DNA from: a virus
Taxonomy: Duplodnaviria; Caudoviricetes
Virus record (IMG/VR): IMGVR_UViG_3300037869_000003
Coordinates: 1 to 54,889 of that record
Direction: 5' to 3' (one strand)
Length of the DNA stretch: 54,889 nucleotides
The number at the start of each line of letters is the position of its first letter. The first letter of the stretch is position 1. The notes under the pieces are model-generated. The model was not told the DNA's origin and searched no databases. It was given only the letters and a program-made list of their open reading frames with translations. Positions 54,427-54,889 of this stretch are shown piece by piece. The translations under genes and the position numbers were made by a program.

Positions 54427-54889
54427 TTAATGATTTGCATGATAAAAGGCGTAAGCAAACCCTAGTGGAGTAATACTCCTTAGATTCTTTGTTTTAAGAC
54501 TTTTGCCGCCCAGCTTAGTGAATCCGTGATATTCTTTCTGCAAAGGCGATAGATATGATACGGGAAGCGCATTATTGAAATTGCCCCACAGCCATGTTGT
54601 TTTATTATACCTACTATTATCTGGGATGGGATCATAACCGGCATAATCGCAGGGATTAAATTTTAGCTTTATTTTGCCCAGCCAAGGGTTTAATTTGTGT
54701 ATGCGGCTCATTGGATTTTCTATTTGCCAAAACAATAAACAGCCTTTGCGATTAAAATAATCTATTATCTCTTTTGTTTTGGCTACTAATGCTTGACTTT
54801 TTGCAGTTGTTCCATCGGAATCTTTCCTCTTGAAATGTTTTGCCCCACTTAGTGCATAATCTGTACATGGGATCATTGCAATAATTCCA
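54427..54889 (-). CDS. phage DNA-cytosine (C5) methyltransferase, 5' end outside the window
   Basis: Catalytic PC motif (PCTDYALSG), ENP motif, KTTWLWG, RSITP.GFAYAF. Confidence 0.8.
   Translation of the reverse strand, partial: GIIAMIPCTDYALSGAKHFKRKDSDGTTAKSQALVAKTKEIIDYFNRKGCLLFWQIENPMSRIHKLNPWLGKIKLKFNPCDYAGYDPIPDNSRYNKTTWLWGNFNNALPVSYLSPLQKEYHGFTKLGGKSLKTKNLRSITPLGFAYAFYHANH

Noticed and set aside
1-54889. tRNA or rRNA genes
   Set aside because: No cloverleaf or T-loop signature seen in any intergenic gap by eye; tRNAscan-SE would be definitive

Overview
The whole window is part of a dsDNA tailed-phage genome, most likely a podovirus with crAss-like virion architecture infecting a Bacteroidota host. 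The host evidence is TAnnTTTG promoters, AT-rich leaders without Shine-Dalgarno sites, signal peptides with Gln at +1, and a T9SS-cargo-type Ig domain. The plus strand (1-47422) carries, in order: regulation and lambda-like replication genes (HTH proteins, DUF559 nuclease, O/P-like proteins, SSB, ASCH), a glycosyltransferase/methyltransferase cluster, terminase, portal, scaffold, major capsid, tail ring proteins (with a free-standing LAGLIDADG gene and GroES among them), a muzzle/stabilisation protein, ejection proteins, a 1303-aa tail fibre/spike and a lysis module with a GH24 lysozyme. The minus strand (47436-end) carries an ECF sigma factor, exported proteins, an array of small early genes and a truncated C5 methyltransferase. 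I saw no integrase, DNA polymerase, RNA polymerase, tRNA or CRISPR array. Most interesting: (1) the tail fibre has a Sec signal peptide and is packed with Bacteroidota O-glycosylation sequons; (2) a 72-aa ORF copies residues 25-57 of the phage's own major capsid protein; (3) a palindromic GCTACAACGTTGTAGC-type site occurs four times at late genes; (4) an OOP-like antisense sRNA and a pseudoknot/terminator leader in the lysis module. All calls come from reading motifs by eye; no searches were run.
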